IMG/VR virus record: IMGVR_UViG_3300020044_009798
Location: 1 to 29,914 of that record
Origin: a virus
Taxonomy: Duplodnaviria > Caudoviricetes
Length of the DNA: 29,914 nt
Direction: 5' to 3' (one strand)
The position numbers and the translations under genes are program-made. Each line of letters opens with the position of its first letter. Position 1 is the stretch's first letter. The notes beneath the pieces were generated by a model. It ran no database searches. It saw only the letters and a list, made by a program, of their open reading frames with translations, and was not told where the DNA came from. Shown one piece after another: positions 1 through 8,083 of the stretch.

Positions 1-20
1 AAACACAACGCCGTGCACCG

Positions 21-578
21 ATGGCAAAGGCAAAGGAAGACAGCACGCAAATAATGGCCAAATTTGTCCCTACCCTGCCATTGGTTTTATCTAATCAAAA
101 TATAGCAATAGCAAGCACCCGTAACAACTTTGAAGTAGCTATCAGCGCAGAGCAAAGCGAATTTCAAAGCGAGCAGCAGCATCACGCTTCTAAGCTGAAA
201 TCGGCTATTCTTATTTTCGCTAAATTTACGTCTTGGAGTTCTATCTTGGCTATTGGGGTAATTATCTTATTGGTTCTGCTTACTGTGGATTTTAAGGGTA
301 AATCTGACGAGCCAAAGGATAAAGATAAGCCAAAGACATTTAGCGAAATTACGAACCATTTAAGCACTAATCTAAGCCGATTAAAAGATGCTTTGGAAAA
401 AGGCGAAAAAGGTGAAACTTACGCCGCTAACATTTTAAAAATTTATGATGAAGCTCAGGAAGCCCACCCCGAAAAGTTACGGGAAAAATTAGACCATTGG
501 GAGAAACTTGGGGACACTAAACCCTACCCAACGTACAAGCCTGAAGACCTAAAATTAATCGCTCCTAGTAAATCATAA
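21..578 (+). CDS. hypothetical membrane protein (may begin upstream of the window)
   Basis: 185-aa ORF with one long hydrophobic segment (AILIFAKFTSWSSILAIGVIILLVLLTV) between charged regions. Confidence 0.6.
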   Translation: MAKAKEDSTQIMAKFVPTLPLVLSNQNIAIASTRNNFEVAISAEQSEFQSEQQHHASKLKSAILIFAKFTSWSSILAIGVIILLVLLTVDFKGKSDEPKDKDKPKTFSEITNHLSTNLSRLKDALEKGEKGETYAANILKIYDEAQEAHPEKLREKLDHWEKLGDTKPYPTYKPEDLKLIAPSKS

Positions 579-642
579 CTCATTGATTATCAGATGTGGG
601 TATTTTGTGTGTATCGCAATTTGCCCACATTTTCACCACTAA

Positions 643-903
643 ATGCACACAAAAATGACGTTGGAACATATTAAAAATAGGGTTTTAGAATTGTGCCCAA
701 ATGCTATTATAGTTTTTCATTTTAATGGCATCTATTATAAAAATCAAAAAAAATCAACCTACGGATATGTTATAAAAGAGCCTCATTGTGGCGACTTTAT
801 AGAAGTAGGGGATTATTGTAAAAAAGAAATAGATGCTTGGAAAACAGCACTAAGTGAATTAAGAAAAAAACCTATAACACCACACCAAAAAAGCGACAAT
901 TAG
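643..903 (+). CDS. hypothetical phage protein
   Basis: 86-aa ORF in a tightly packed plus-strand run; the start could be the second Met. Confidence 0.6.
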   Translation: MHTKMTLEHIKNRVLELCPNAIIVFHFNGIYYKNQKKSTYGYVIKEPHCGDFIEVGDYCKKEIDAWKTALSELRKKPITPHQKSDN

Positions 904-929
904 AAATAAAATAAATACGATGCAACCTA

Positions 930-1280
930 TTGACAATCAGCGCATTTTATCCGTTCTTTGTTGGTATGAACATCGTATTTTTTTCCCTCGCACTAGCAGC
1001 CCTTTTACAGGTTTTAATACCTGAAAGAGGCTACGAAATTAAGTATCTAATTCCCCCGTCATTCCTTGCATGGTTATTCCCTGCAATGATAATCGGCGGG
1101 GAGTTGGGTATGATTTGCGGCCTAATTATCGGGGCTGCTAAATTTGCCGCAGGTGGGCTAAGAACTGCATGGCTTATGGCTTTGCAAGTTGAACCCCAAA
1201 GCGGATATTATTGGCGGGCGTTTGTCGTGGAAGTCATGATAACGCCGCCTATTTTAATGGGTATATTAAACTTTTTGTAA
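930..1280 (+). CDS. multi-pass membrane protein
   Basis: 116 aa with 3-4 hydrophobic segments; TTG start uncertain. Confidence 0.6.
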   Translation: MTISAFYPFFVGMNIVFFSLALAALLQVLIPERGYEIKYLIPPSFLAWLFPAMIIGGELGMICGLIIGAAKFAAGGLRTAWLMALQVEPQSGYYWRAFVVEVMITPPILMGILNFL

Positions 1281-1281
1281 A

Positions 1282-1533
1282 ATGGAATACACCGAAAACA
1301 TCTATATTTTTATAATCCCATGCTACTACAAACGGCAAATTAAATACCGTCCCGAAGTGGCCACATTTTTTGATACTTGCCAGATTCACCGCCAACCTTT
1401 CGATGGTACTTGGGAGGCTCAATCGTATAACTCAATCGAAGCTATTACGCCGTCCGATTATATGCAGTACGAAACCGAAACCGAAGCAATCAAAGCGGCG
1501 CAGGATTTTGTCGAACAACTTAAATCGCAGTAA
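1282..1533 (+). CDS. hypothetical phage protein
   Basis: 83 aa; abuts the previous gene and has a TAATG overlap with the next. Confidence 0.65.
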   Translation: MEYTENIYIFIIPCYYKRQIKYRPEVATFFDTCQIHRQPFDGTWEAQSYNSIEAITPSDYMQYETETEAIKAAQDFVEQLKSQ

Positions 1534-1850
1534 TGTGGCTCTACCTCTTCCAACACCGCCGTAAATTTGCGGTAAAAATCGGTATCACACGCCGCAAGAT
1601 AGCAAAGCGATTGGCAGAAGTAAGTAAAAATGAGCCGTGCCGCTTTTTATTTGCCGTTCCTGTGCTTTGGCCTGCTTTGCTCGAAAAGTGGCTACATAAC
1701 CGATATAAACGATTAAGGCGGTACGATTTAAGCGGTCGTGAATGGTTTTATTTCTGGCTACCGATTCGCCCTATTTTTTGGCTGCTGTTTTTCTTTTCGG
1801 CGCAGTTTTTATTTTTTATCTTAATTTTGTATGTAGTATGGCAACTATAA
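1533..1850 (+). CDS. T5orf172/Mug113-like GIY-YIG domain protein with C-terminal transmembrane helix
   Basis: Motifs LYL...VKIGITRR...RL, LEKWLH..Y and GREWF, followed by a hydrophobic tail. Confidence 0.75.
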   Translation: MWLYLFQHRRKFAVKIGITRRKIAKRLAEVSKNEPCRFLFAVPVLWPALLEKWLHNRYKRLRRYDLSGREWFYFWLPIRPIFWLLFFFSAQFLFFILILYVVWQL

Positions 1851-2170
1851 AGCGAGTGGTAAACATTGGGCAATCCCTAACATCGGAAACATTGCGTAAA
1901 AAAACAATCCTTGCAGCACGTTTAAAACGTGCCTCTATGAGAAAAAAGGCAATGATTAAGGCTATTAAAGTAGGGCAAATTTGGCACTTCAAAGACCGTT
2001 CTAAGCTGACCAAACATACGCACGAAACGCTGAAAATAATCGCAATAGTAAACGATTGGTGTATTACTATTCAGTACAAAGATTTTCAACCCTATGATAT
2101 TGATGCTGACGACATAATCTACAATTACAAACTAGCATCAGAACCCAAACAAAAACCCATAGCACGATAG
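1838..2170 (+). CDS. hypothetical basic protein
   Basis: ATG at 1838 (MATIKRVV) gives a short overlap with the upstream gene and is preferred over 1742. Confidence 0.6.
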   Translation: MATIKRVVNIGQSLTSETLRKKTILAARLKRASMRKKAMIKAIKVGQIWHFKDRSKLTKHTHETLKIIAIVNDWCITIQYKDFQPYDIDADDIIYNYKLASEPKQKPIAR

Positions 2171-2229
2171 AGTTTCACGCCGTTCTTTCAGGGATGCAAG
2201 GCGGTTTAATCGTAACAAAACACAAACAC

Positions 2230-2850
2230 ATGATAAATTTTCACAACTGCGATTGCATGGACTTTATGCGGTCTTTGCCTGATAAAGCGTATGATTTGGC
2301 GATTGTAGACCCGCCGTATGGGATAGGTAGGGATGGGGCGCAAAGAACGACAAGTAAACACGGAGGAAGAAAAGCGCATAGTTTTAAAGGTTGGGATAAT
2401 TATACACCCGACAAAGAATATTTTGACCAAATTTTTAGGGTATCTGTTAATCAAATTATTTGGGGCGCAAACTATTTTACGCCCTATCTGCCGCCGAAAA
2501 TGGGGTGGATTTTTTGGGACAAAGGGCAAAGAATTTGCAACTCTGATGGTGAGTTAGCTTTTTCTTCTTTTGACAGGGCGTTAAGAGTTGCTGAATATAA
2601 TAGGGTAGAGCTTTTAAAAGAGGGCACAATACACCCAACGCAAAAGCCCGCCGTTTTATATCGTTGGCTGCTAACCAACTACGCAAAGCAAGGCGATAAA
2701 ATCTTAGATACGCACGGCGGGTCAGGTTCTATCGCTATCGCTTGCCATGATTTAAAATTTGACTTGGATATTTGCGAATTAGATAGCGATTATTTTGAGG
2801 CTATGCAAAAACGATTTAACAACCATATTGCACAACTAACAATTTTCTAA
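2230..2850 (+). CDS. DNA N6-adenine/N4-cytosine methyltransferase, beta-class motif order
   Basis: DLAIVDPPYG, HPTQKP and ILDTHGGSGS motifs; likely start MINFHNCDCMDF at 2230. Confidence 0.93.
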   Translation: MINFHNCDCMDFMRSLPDKAYDLAIVDPPYGIGRDGAQRTTSKHGGRKAHSFKGWDNYTPDKEYFDQIFRVSVNQIIWGANYFTPYLPPKMGWIFWDKGQRICNSDGELAFSSFDRALRVAEYNRVELLKEGTIHPTQKPAVLYRWLLTNYAKQGDKILDTHGGSGSIAIACHDLKFDLDICELDSDYFEAMQKRFNNHIAQLTIF

Positions 2851-2852
2851 TT

Positions 2853-3725
2853 ATGAAACTAGGAGACAAAGGCGACCAAGTCGCAGCCCTACAAACAGCC
2901 TTAACCCGTAACGGCTACCCACTCACCGCCGACGGACATTTCGGCAACCTGACTAAATCCGCTCTTACGGCATTCCAACAAGCTCACGTTCCCGAAGCCG
3001 CTACGGGGGAATATAACGTAGCAACGGAGGCGGCATTAAATCCGTTATGGTTAGAAATAGCCGAAAAATACCCTTTACTCCCTACTCAGTACAAAACAGG
3101 AAATCACTTTGTAGCGAAAAAATTAGGCGTTTGTTTGCACCATACAGCAGGCGGCTCGAACCCTAAATCGGTCGTAAATGTTTGGGCAGGGGATAACAGG
3201 GGAGCAGTTGCAACGCACTTTATTATCGGTGGGCTAGGTGGGGATAAAACGGGCAGCTATGACGGTAAAATAGTACAATGTATGCCGTTACAATTCGGGG
3301 CTTATCATATCGCTATGGGACGGGTTAATATGGATAAATACAACATACTTGTGAATGCAGGCTACATAGGCATAGAAATATGCAACTGGGGGTATTTGGA
3401 TAAGGTAGGGGATAAGTACTACAATTACCGTGAGGGCTTGATGCAGCCTGAAGAAGTTGTCGATTTAGGCCATAAAGAGTTTGGCTATCGCTATTGGCAT
3501 AGGTACACCGATAAACAAGTGGCCTCTGTTCGCCTGCTATTGGCTAAACTGAAAGAGATATACGGCTTCCAATATGAATCGCTACCGCTCGATTTATCTT
3601 GGTTTAAAGCCGATAAACAGGCGCAAATAGGTAAACGGGTACTTACAACGCATACGAACTTTGAGGGATGGCCCAACAAGTACGATTGTAGTCCACAGCC
3701 TAATTTTTTCGAGATGGTACGATGA
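2853..3725 (+). CDS. endolysin: peptidoglycan-binding domain plus N-acetylmuramoyl-L-alanine amidase (Amidase_2)
   Basis: N-terminal LGDKGDQVAALQTAL...DGHFG..T..A...FQ; catalytic region LHHTAG, HFIIG, IGIEICNWG, THTN...KYDCSP. Confidence 0.9.
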   Translation: MKLGDKGDQVAALQTALTRNGYPLTADGHFGNLTKSALTAFQQAHVPEAATGEYNVATEAALNPLWLEIAEKYPLLPTQYKTGNHFVAKKLGVCLHHTAGGSNPKSVVNVWAGDNRGAVATHFIIGGLGGDKTGSYDGKIVQCMPLQFGAYHIAMGRVNMDKYNILVNAGYIGIEICNWGYLDKVGDKYYNYREGLMQPEEVVDLGHKEFGYRYWHRYTDKQVASVRLLLAKLKEIYGFQYESLPLDLSWFKADKQAQIGKRVLTTHTNFEGWPNKYDCSPQPNFFEMVR

Positions 3726-3750
3726 TAATTAACTTTTAAACAACAACAAA

Positions 3751-4128
3751 ATGACAGTACAAAATTTCGACTTCGATGCGTTCAAAGTAAATAGCATCGG
3801 ATTTTTGGCCAAAATGGGAAACGCCTTTGCAATGGCAGCCATTAAAAAAGCGATTGAAGGCATACGAACCGAAGGCCGCCCTGCAAATGTGCCGCTAAAG
3901 GGGATTTTAAATGAGGTGGTAGGTATCGAATTGCAAATTGCATCTATCCTCACGGATGACGAAAAGCAGAACGAAAAGCAGTTATCTGACCATTTCGAGG
4001 AATACGGCGAGGAGTATCTGCGAGAATTTGCCGCTAACATTATTTCGATTATGAAGATAAAGGGCAAAAGCAACAGGTTTTTAGACGGTTTAGCCGAATT
4101 ATTGGAAGACACAATCGAAGAAATTTAG
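3751..4128 (+). CDS. hypothetical acidic protein
   Basis: 125 aa, A-rich leader, followed by a terminator. Confidence 0.7.
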   Translation: MTVQNFDFDAFKVNSIGFLAKMGNAFAMAAIKKAIEGIRTEGRPANVPLKGILNEVVGIELQIASILTDDEKQNEKQLSDHFEEYGEEYLREFAANIISIMKIKGKSNRFLDGLAELLEDTIEEI

Positions 4129-4147
4129 CCCGTTTTACCCCGTTTTT

Positions 4148-4178
4148 AGCCCTAAAAGTAACTTTTTGGGGCTTTTTT
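4148..4178 (+). terminator. intrinsic terminator
   Basis: Imperfect stem AGCCCTAAAAG / CTTTTTGGGGCT followed by a T run. Confidence 0.7.
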
Positions 4179-4210
4179 ACGCTTTTTTTTTAAAATAATT
4201 GGGTGAAAGA

Positions 4211-4241
4211 CTTGACAAATAGAATAATCATCGTATATTTG
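4211..4241 (+). promoter_or_regulatory. Bacteroidota housekeeping-sigma promoter
   Basis: CTTG (4211-4214), 19-nt spacer, TATATTTG (4234-4241) matching TAnnTTTG. Confidence 0.75.
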
Positions 4242-4285
4242 TACTAAGCAATAACGCTAAAACACAAACACAAACAACCAACATC

Positions 4286-4609
4286 ATGAAACCAGTACAA
4301 AAATTAAACGGGCAATTTGGGGTTCTTTTACCATTAAAGTATAGTTGTTTAACATCGCCAAATCAAACTACTATACTTAAAAACATCCTAAACGACATGG
4401 GTGTTTTAGATGGGCGCAGTCAATACGATGCACGAGAAATATACAATACGCTTCCAAAAGAAAGCGGCGTGTCTTTCTTATTTTTAGAAGCTACGCCTGA
4501 AGTGCTAAAAAAGCATTTTAGCGGCTATGAAAAGATAAAAAATCGGCCATTAATGTGTGCTGATGGAGTAGAGCGAACAGAGGCCTACTATGAATCTGTA
4601 AAGTTTTAA
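4286..4609 (+). CDS. hypothetical protein, stand-alone transcription unit
   Basis: 107 aa with its own promoter and terminator. Confidence 0.75.
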   Translation: MKPVQKLNGQFGVLLPLKYSCLTSPNQTTILKNILNDMGVLDGRSQYDAREIYNTLPKESGVSFLFLEATPEVLKKHFSGYEKIKNRPLMCADGVERTEAYYESVKF

Positions 4610-4611
4610 CC

Positions 4612-4650
4612 AAAACCCCCAACACGCTCGTCATGTTGGGGGTTTTCTTT
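4612..4650 (+). terminator. intrinsic terminator
   Basis: Perfect 13-bp inverted repeat AAAACCCCCAACA / TGTTGGGGGTTTT followed by CTTT. Confidence 0.85.
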
Positions 4651-4674
4651 GCGCCGAATCTGCCGAACCATATC

Positions 4675-4711
4675 AAAAAAAATGCGCTCAGGACGGGAAT
4701 CCTGAGCGCAT
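4675..4711 (-). terminator. intrinsic terminator
   Basis: Stem TGCGCTCAGGA / TCCTGAGCGCA, 6-nt loop, T8 on the minus strand. Confidence 0.85.
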
Positions 4712-4777
4712 CTACCCCAAAAGGGTATATAATTTTTTTGATATTTTGTTTATTTAACCGTTTCACAACGGTAACGT
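4675..4777 (-). ncRNA. putative small structured RNA A
   Basis: Promoter TATCTTTG at 4789-4782, GUGA-loop hairpin 4757-4772, terminator 4683-4710 plus T8; homologous to 15412-15559. Confidence 0.6.
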
Positions 4778-4781
4778 ACTA

Positions 4782-4793
4782 CAAAGATACAAA
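4782..4793 (-). promoter_or_regulatory. Bacteroidota -7 promoter element
   Basis: TTTGTATCTTTG on the minus strand; no canonical -33 element at the expected spacing. Confidence 0.55.
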
Positions 4794-4804
4794 TATTTTA
4801 GATT

Positions 4805-4972
4805 CTACTGATTGATTTCGGTAGAATCTTTTTTATTTGTACGTATCAGCAGCAGCGTATCTACGCTATCGCTCGCAATAATCGTATCAATCGGCGTAAT
4901 TTCGGGCTGTGGTTCTACTGCATTATTGCAGCTAAAAGCGAAAAGGATAACTAAAGATGATAGTGTTTTCAT
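4805..4972 (-). CDS. small lipoprotein, candidate o-spanin (not in ORF track)
   Basis: 55 aa MKTLSSLVILFAFSC-NNAVEPQPEITP..., lipobox-like Cys15; ATGA overlap with the upstream membrane gene. Confidence 0.65.
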   Translation of the reverse strand: MKTLSSLVILFAFSCNNAVEPQPEITPIDTIIASDSVDTLLLIRTNKKDSTEINQ

Positions 4973-5202
4973 TTTATTTGTTTTTGTGAAATTTCCACCT
5001 TAGCAACTCTATGCTGCAAGGTTTTAACGTAATTAATAGCAAAGACAGAAGCGAACAAAACAGCAACACAAAACAGTATTAATGGCCCTGCTTTCCGCAT
5101 TGCGGCCTTAGCTGTCTTTGGTGGTCTTTGCTGCCCGTTTTCGGCCGTAATAGGGCTATTTTCGCCTGCTTCGGTGTTCGGTTGGTATAAGTCCCGTATC
5201 AT
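4969..5202 (-). CDS. single-pass membrane protein, candidate i-spanin or holin partner
   Basis: One TM segment and a short coiled C-terminus; ATGA overlaps at both ends. Confidence 0.55.
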   Translation of the reverse strand: MIRDLYQPNTEAGENSPITAENGQQRPPKTAKAAMRKAGPLILFCVAVLFASVFAINYVKTLQHRVAKVEISQKQIK

Positions 5203-5459
5203 AATTTTTGGTCGTTTATAGTGCGTTTTATATCCTCAATTTCTGCATCGTTTTTGTTTAGCCGTTCAACCGTTTGCTGTTCGAATCGTTTTGTATGGCT
5301 CTGCTTTTTAACCTTAACCATTTCCATAAACGGCTCTAAAAAGTAGGTTAAACCGCACCAAACAAGAACTATACAACATATCGCTATGCCGATAGTTTGC
5401 AGCACCTCCAAGATTAAAAACGTTGTTTCGATGGACTGTAAAAATAGGGGTGTTCTCAT
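5199..5459 (-). CDS. membrane protein, candidate holin
   Basis: N-terminal hydrophobic helix and charged C-terminus, at the end of the late operon. Confidence 0.5.
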   Translation of the reverse strand: MRTPLFLQSIETTFLILEVLQTIGIAICCIVLVWCGLTYFLEPFMEMVKVKKQSHTKRFEQQTVERLNKNDAEIEDIKRTINDQKL

Positions 5460-5470
5460 AGGGTGTAGGT

Positions 5471-5791
5471 TTAAGGTAGGGTCGTTCCTGTAACAATTCC
5501 AACTAACAAGTCCCTCATTTCTTCGTTTGTTGCTGGCACAGTTGCCCCAATCGTTACCGTAACTTCTAGTGGCTCAAACGGGATTTGATGCGACAAACCC
5601 GATTCCAACGTAATTAAACAATATGTATCTTCACGGTTTCGCCGCACCTCTGAAACGTCATCTTTTAGGATAACATAATCTTTCCAATCGTATTTGTATT
5701 CTTGTCCAATCGCAGGATTAACAGCGACCAAAACAAATAAACACGTTGCAAAAGAGGCTGTATCAAACGGGGTAATATTAATCGTTGTCAT
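5471..5791 (-). CDS. putative small virion protein
   Basis: 106 aa in the distal structural cluster, ATGA overlap. Confidence 0.6.
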   Translation of the reverse strand: MTTINITPFDTASFATCLFVLVAVNPAIGQEYKYDWKDYVILKDDVSEVRRNREDTYCLITLESGLSHQIPFEPLEVTVTIGATVPATNEEMRDLLVGIVTGTTLP

Positions 5792-6978
5792 AATTCCTTC
5801 ATGTTTATAGCTCCGTAAATATCTAAGTTGCTAGTAAGAGGCACAGCTGATAAAGTAAGAATATCCGCAGTCCCTGCTACAGTTGCACCAATGGCCGCCA
5901 AAAATGGTTTATCTATTAACTGCTCTTGGTTTGCAATAGCGTAAAAGCTAGATACTTGGGGGTTGGTTGCTGTAATAGTGTTTGTTCCTGCCACATCTCC
6001 CCTTGCAAATTCTGCTGATGAATTAACTAGGTTATTCCATACAAGCGCAGCCCCTGCAATGGTAGGATTTAACCGAACCCGAATTAAATAGCTGTCGTTT
6101 GTTGCTGATAGGGTGGATAGGGAGTTTGGTATAACGTAGGCATTTAAGGATGTAGATTTAAGCCTAATAGCTAAAAGTAAATATTCCGTTCCTACAACAT
6201 TCGCATTTACAAAAGCCGTTCCACTATCGCAGCCAATTTCTTTTCCTATCGTTTCCACACCTCCAAGAACAGAAAAACCGCCGCATATTTGCTGCATAGA
6301 ACCCACTCCGACCGTACTGCGAATCTCCCACCGCAAATAAAAATAAGGCGAATTACAGAATGTACTAAGTGCCGTTCCTGAATGCTCGTAAGTGTGGAAA
6401 TAAACAAGCTGACCGCCGATATTTAGGCAAAAACGAATCCATGTACCGCCTAAATAAAGGAAGTCTATTTGTAGAACAGTAAAGGTATCAAAATCGTAGT
6501 TTTCTCCACTAGGCCCGTTCCCATCTAATGGGTCATCCCAACTCGCCTGTGGTATGGTATTCAAAACACCGTTTTTGGCAATTACTAGATTGTACCCCGT
6601 TCCATCCATCTCTAAATACACCCCATCGTAGTTGGCTGTGTAGGGTGCAACGGTAGAAGACCGCCATGCCCCAACCCGTTTAACTACATTCGCTTGCACG
6701 CCTAAATCGGCAAAGGTAATAGTATAAATGCTAGGATGTGCCGATATGTACGGATGGCAAATACGGGTCTGTGCAATTGCGTATTGACCGGCAGCCACAG
6801 ACATAGCAACCTCACCCGCCGCCCAAACCTGCGAACCGGTGCCAACCCTATCTATCAAAAGCGGGTTATTGTCCTTATCTTGCAAGTAGTTTCCAATTAC
6901 ATTTTTCTGCGAAATCGGCATAAAGCCATTCGCATCTAATTGGTTACGTGCTATATTTAATTCGCTGATATAGGCCAT
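5788..6978 (-). CDS. putative virion structural or receptor-binding protein, beta-rich
   Basis: 396 aa, beta-strand-like composition, IPQASWDDPLDGNGPSG and DFLYLGG segments. Confidence 0.6.
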   Translation of the reverse strand: MAYISELNIARNQLDANGFMPISQKNVIGNYLQDKDNNPLLIDRVGTGSQVWAAGEVAMSVAAGQYAIAQTRICHPYISAHPSIYTITFADLGVQANVVKRVGAWRSSTVAPYTANYDGVYLEMDGTGYNLVIAKNGVLNTIPQASWDDPLDGNGPSGENYDFDTFTVLQIDFLYLGGTWIRFCLNIGGQLVYFHTYEHSGTALSTFCNSPYFYLRWEIRSTVGVGSMQQICGGFSVLGGVETIGKEIGCDSGTAFVNANVVGTEYLLLAIRLKSTSLNAYVIPNSLSTLSATNDSYLIRVRLNPTIAGAALVWNNLVNSSAEFARGDVAGTNTITATNPQVSSFYAIANQEQLIDKPFLAAIGATVAGTADILTLSAVPLTSNLDIYGAINMKEL

Positions 6979-7409
6979 TATGAGTAAGTTAAAATATCCA
7001 ACGCAATAGGATTTAAATCAGCTTCGGCAACTCGCTCCAAGTGCAACGAATAAAGCTGCGCCCGTTGGTCTGCGTCTGGAATTGCTATTTCCGTTTGCGG
7101 CTCGGTGAAAATAAAGTATTGGGCGCATATCGTTTGTTCTGCTGCATCCAATGCATCGAAGCCCCCTATATCTTCTACCACCTGCATTAAGCAAAGACGG
7201 TATTTATTATAGTCTCGGTTAAACATTGCAAAGCAGTCTAACGCTGTATGGGCCGCCCTTGTAACTAACCTAAAGTTTTGATTAGCAATAGCTGTGCTAT
7301 CCACTTGGGTAACGGTTATAAATGTTTCGGGCGTATCAGATAGCAGCACAACAAGCCCACCGCCACGATTCCAACCGTCCACTTCTTGATATATTCGATA
7401 TTTGCTCAT
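6978..7409 (-). CDS. hypothetical protein, possible fibre assembly factor
   Basis: 143 aa directly downstream of fibre-like genes. Confidence 0.55.
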   Translation of the reverse strand: MSKYRIYQEVDGWNRGGGLVVLLSDTPETFITVTQVDSTAIANQNFRLVTRAAHTALDCFAMFNRDYNKYRLCLMQVVEDIGGFDALDAAEQTICAQYFIFTEPQTEIAIPDADQRAQLYSLHLERVAEADLNPIALDILTYS

Positions 7410-7420
7410 ATTGTTTCAGT

Positions 7421-8071
7421 TTAGAATAAGAAAGCCCAACGCATAGAAGTTTGGTCGTAAAACATCGGCCGCCAACCGCTGCCTTGCAAGGAAATTGTAG
7501 CGGGTGGAAAGTCGAAACGGTTATCGGCAATAGATAGAACCGATTGCTTTTGCAGCGTTATTGTATTAGCTCCAACATTCCGCAAAATGCGAAGCGGTGA
7601 AGTTCCCGCAGGTGGGGCAGCTATGCCCGTAAGATTAACCGCTCCCGTTGCTGATATACGCCACACCATTACATCATCGCCGCCAGCAACCGTATAATCG
7701 TTTGTGTTCGCTACTAGGGCCGCAGGTGTGATGAAACTTGTACCTAAATCGAAAATTCCCGTTGCTGATAATAAGATAGAACTAGATGTACCGCCACCAC
7801 TTACGCTAAAAAAAAAAGAGCTATCTAGCAGCGTCATAAAAGCGTTTACAGTTGTAACGGTTTGAGCCGCCGCAGGTTCTACTTGTGTACTATTCACGTC
7901 TGCAAATTCGCAGTTGTACGCTAAATTATAGCCGTCCCAAAAGCGGATTGTTTGCCCGTTTGCATCCAATTCGATTCGGCAAGTAACGGGTAATTGCATA
8001 ATACGGCCGTTTGTCTTGTTCTGTATCCAAACGTTCCCACTTGCTTTTTTAACAAAATTAATGTATCCCAT
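7421..8071 (-). CDS. fibre/spike-like protein (conserved N-domain, Gly linker, variable C-domain)
   Basis: N-terminal ~88 aa similar to 8084-8656; SGGG linker. Confidence 0.6.
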   Translation of the reverse strand: MGYINFVKKASGNVWIQNKTNGRIMQLPVTCRIELDANGQTIRFWDGYNLAYNCEFADVNSTQVEPAAAQTVTTVNAFMTLLDSSFFFSVSGGGTSSSILLSATGIFDLGTSFITPAALVANTNDYTVAGGDDVMVWRISATGAVNLTGIAAPPAGTSPLRILRNVGANTITLQKQSVLSIADNRFDFPPATISLQGSGWRPMFYDQTSMRWAFLF

Positions 8072-8083
8072 GATTATTTAGTT

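Noticed and set aside
595-631. ATGTGGG/CCCACAT inverted repeat as another sRNA copy
   Set aside because: Lacks the promoter, the AAAATATCAAA motif and the shared stem; at most a weak terminator or processing hairpin
4518-4766. ORF sharing ALR...LSAFF with ORF 15393-15593, suggesting a peptide family
   Set aside because: The similarity comes from translating the shared terminator; both ORFs run through terminators and overlap real genes
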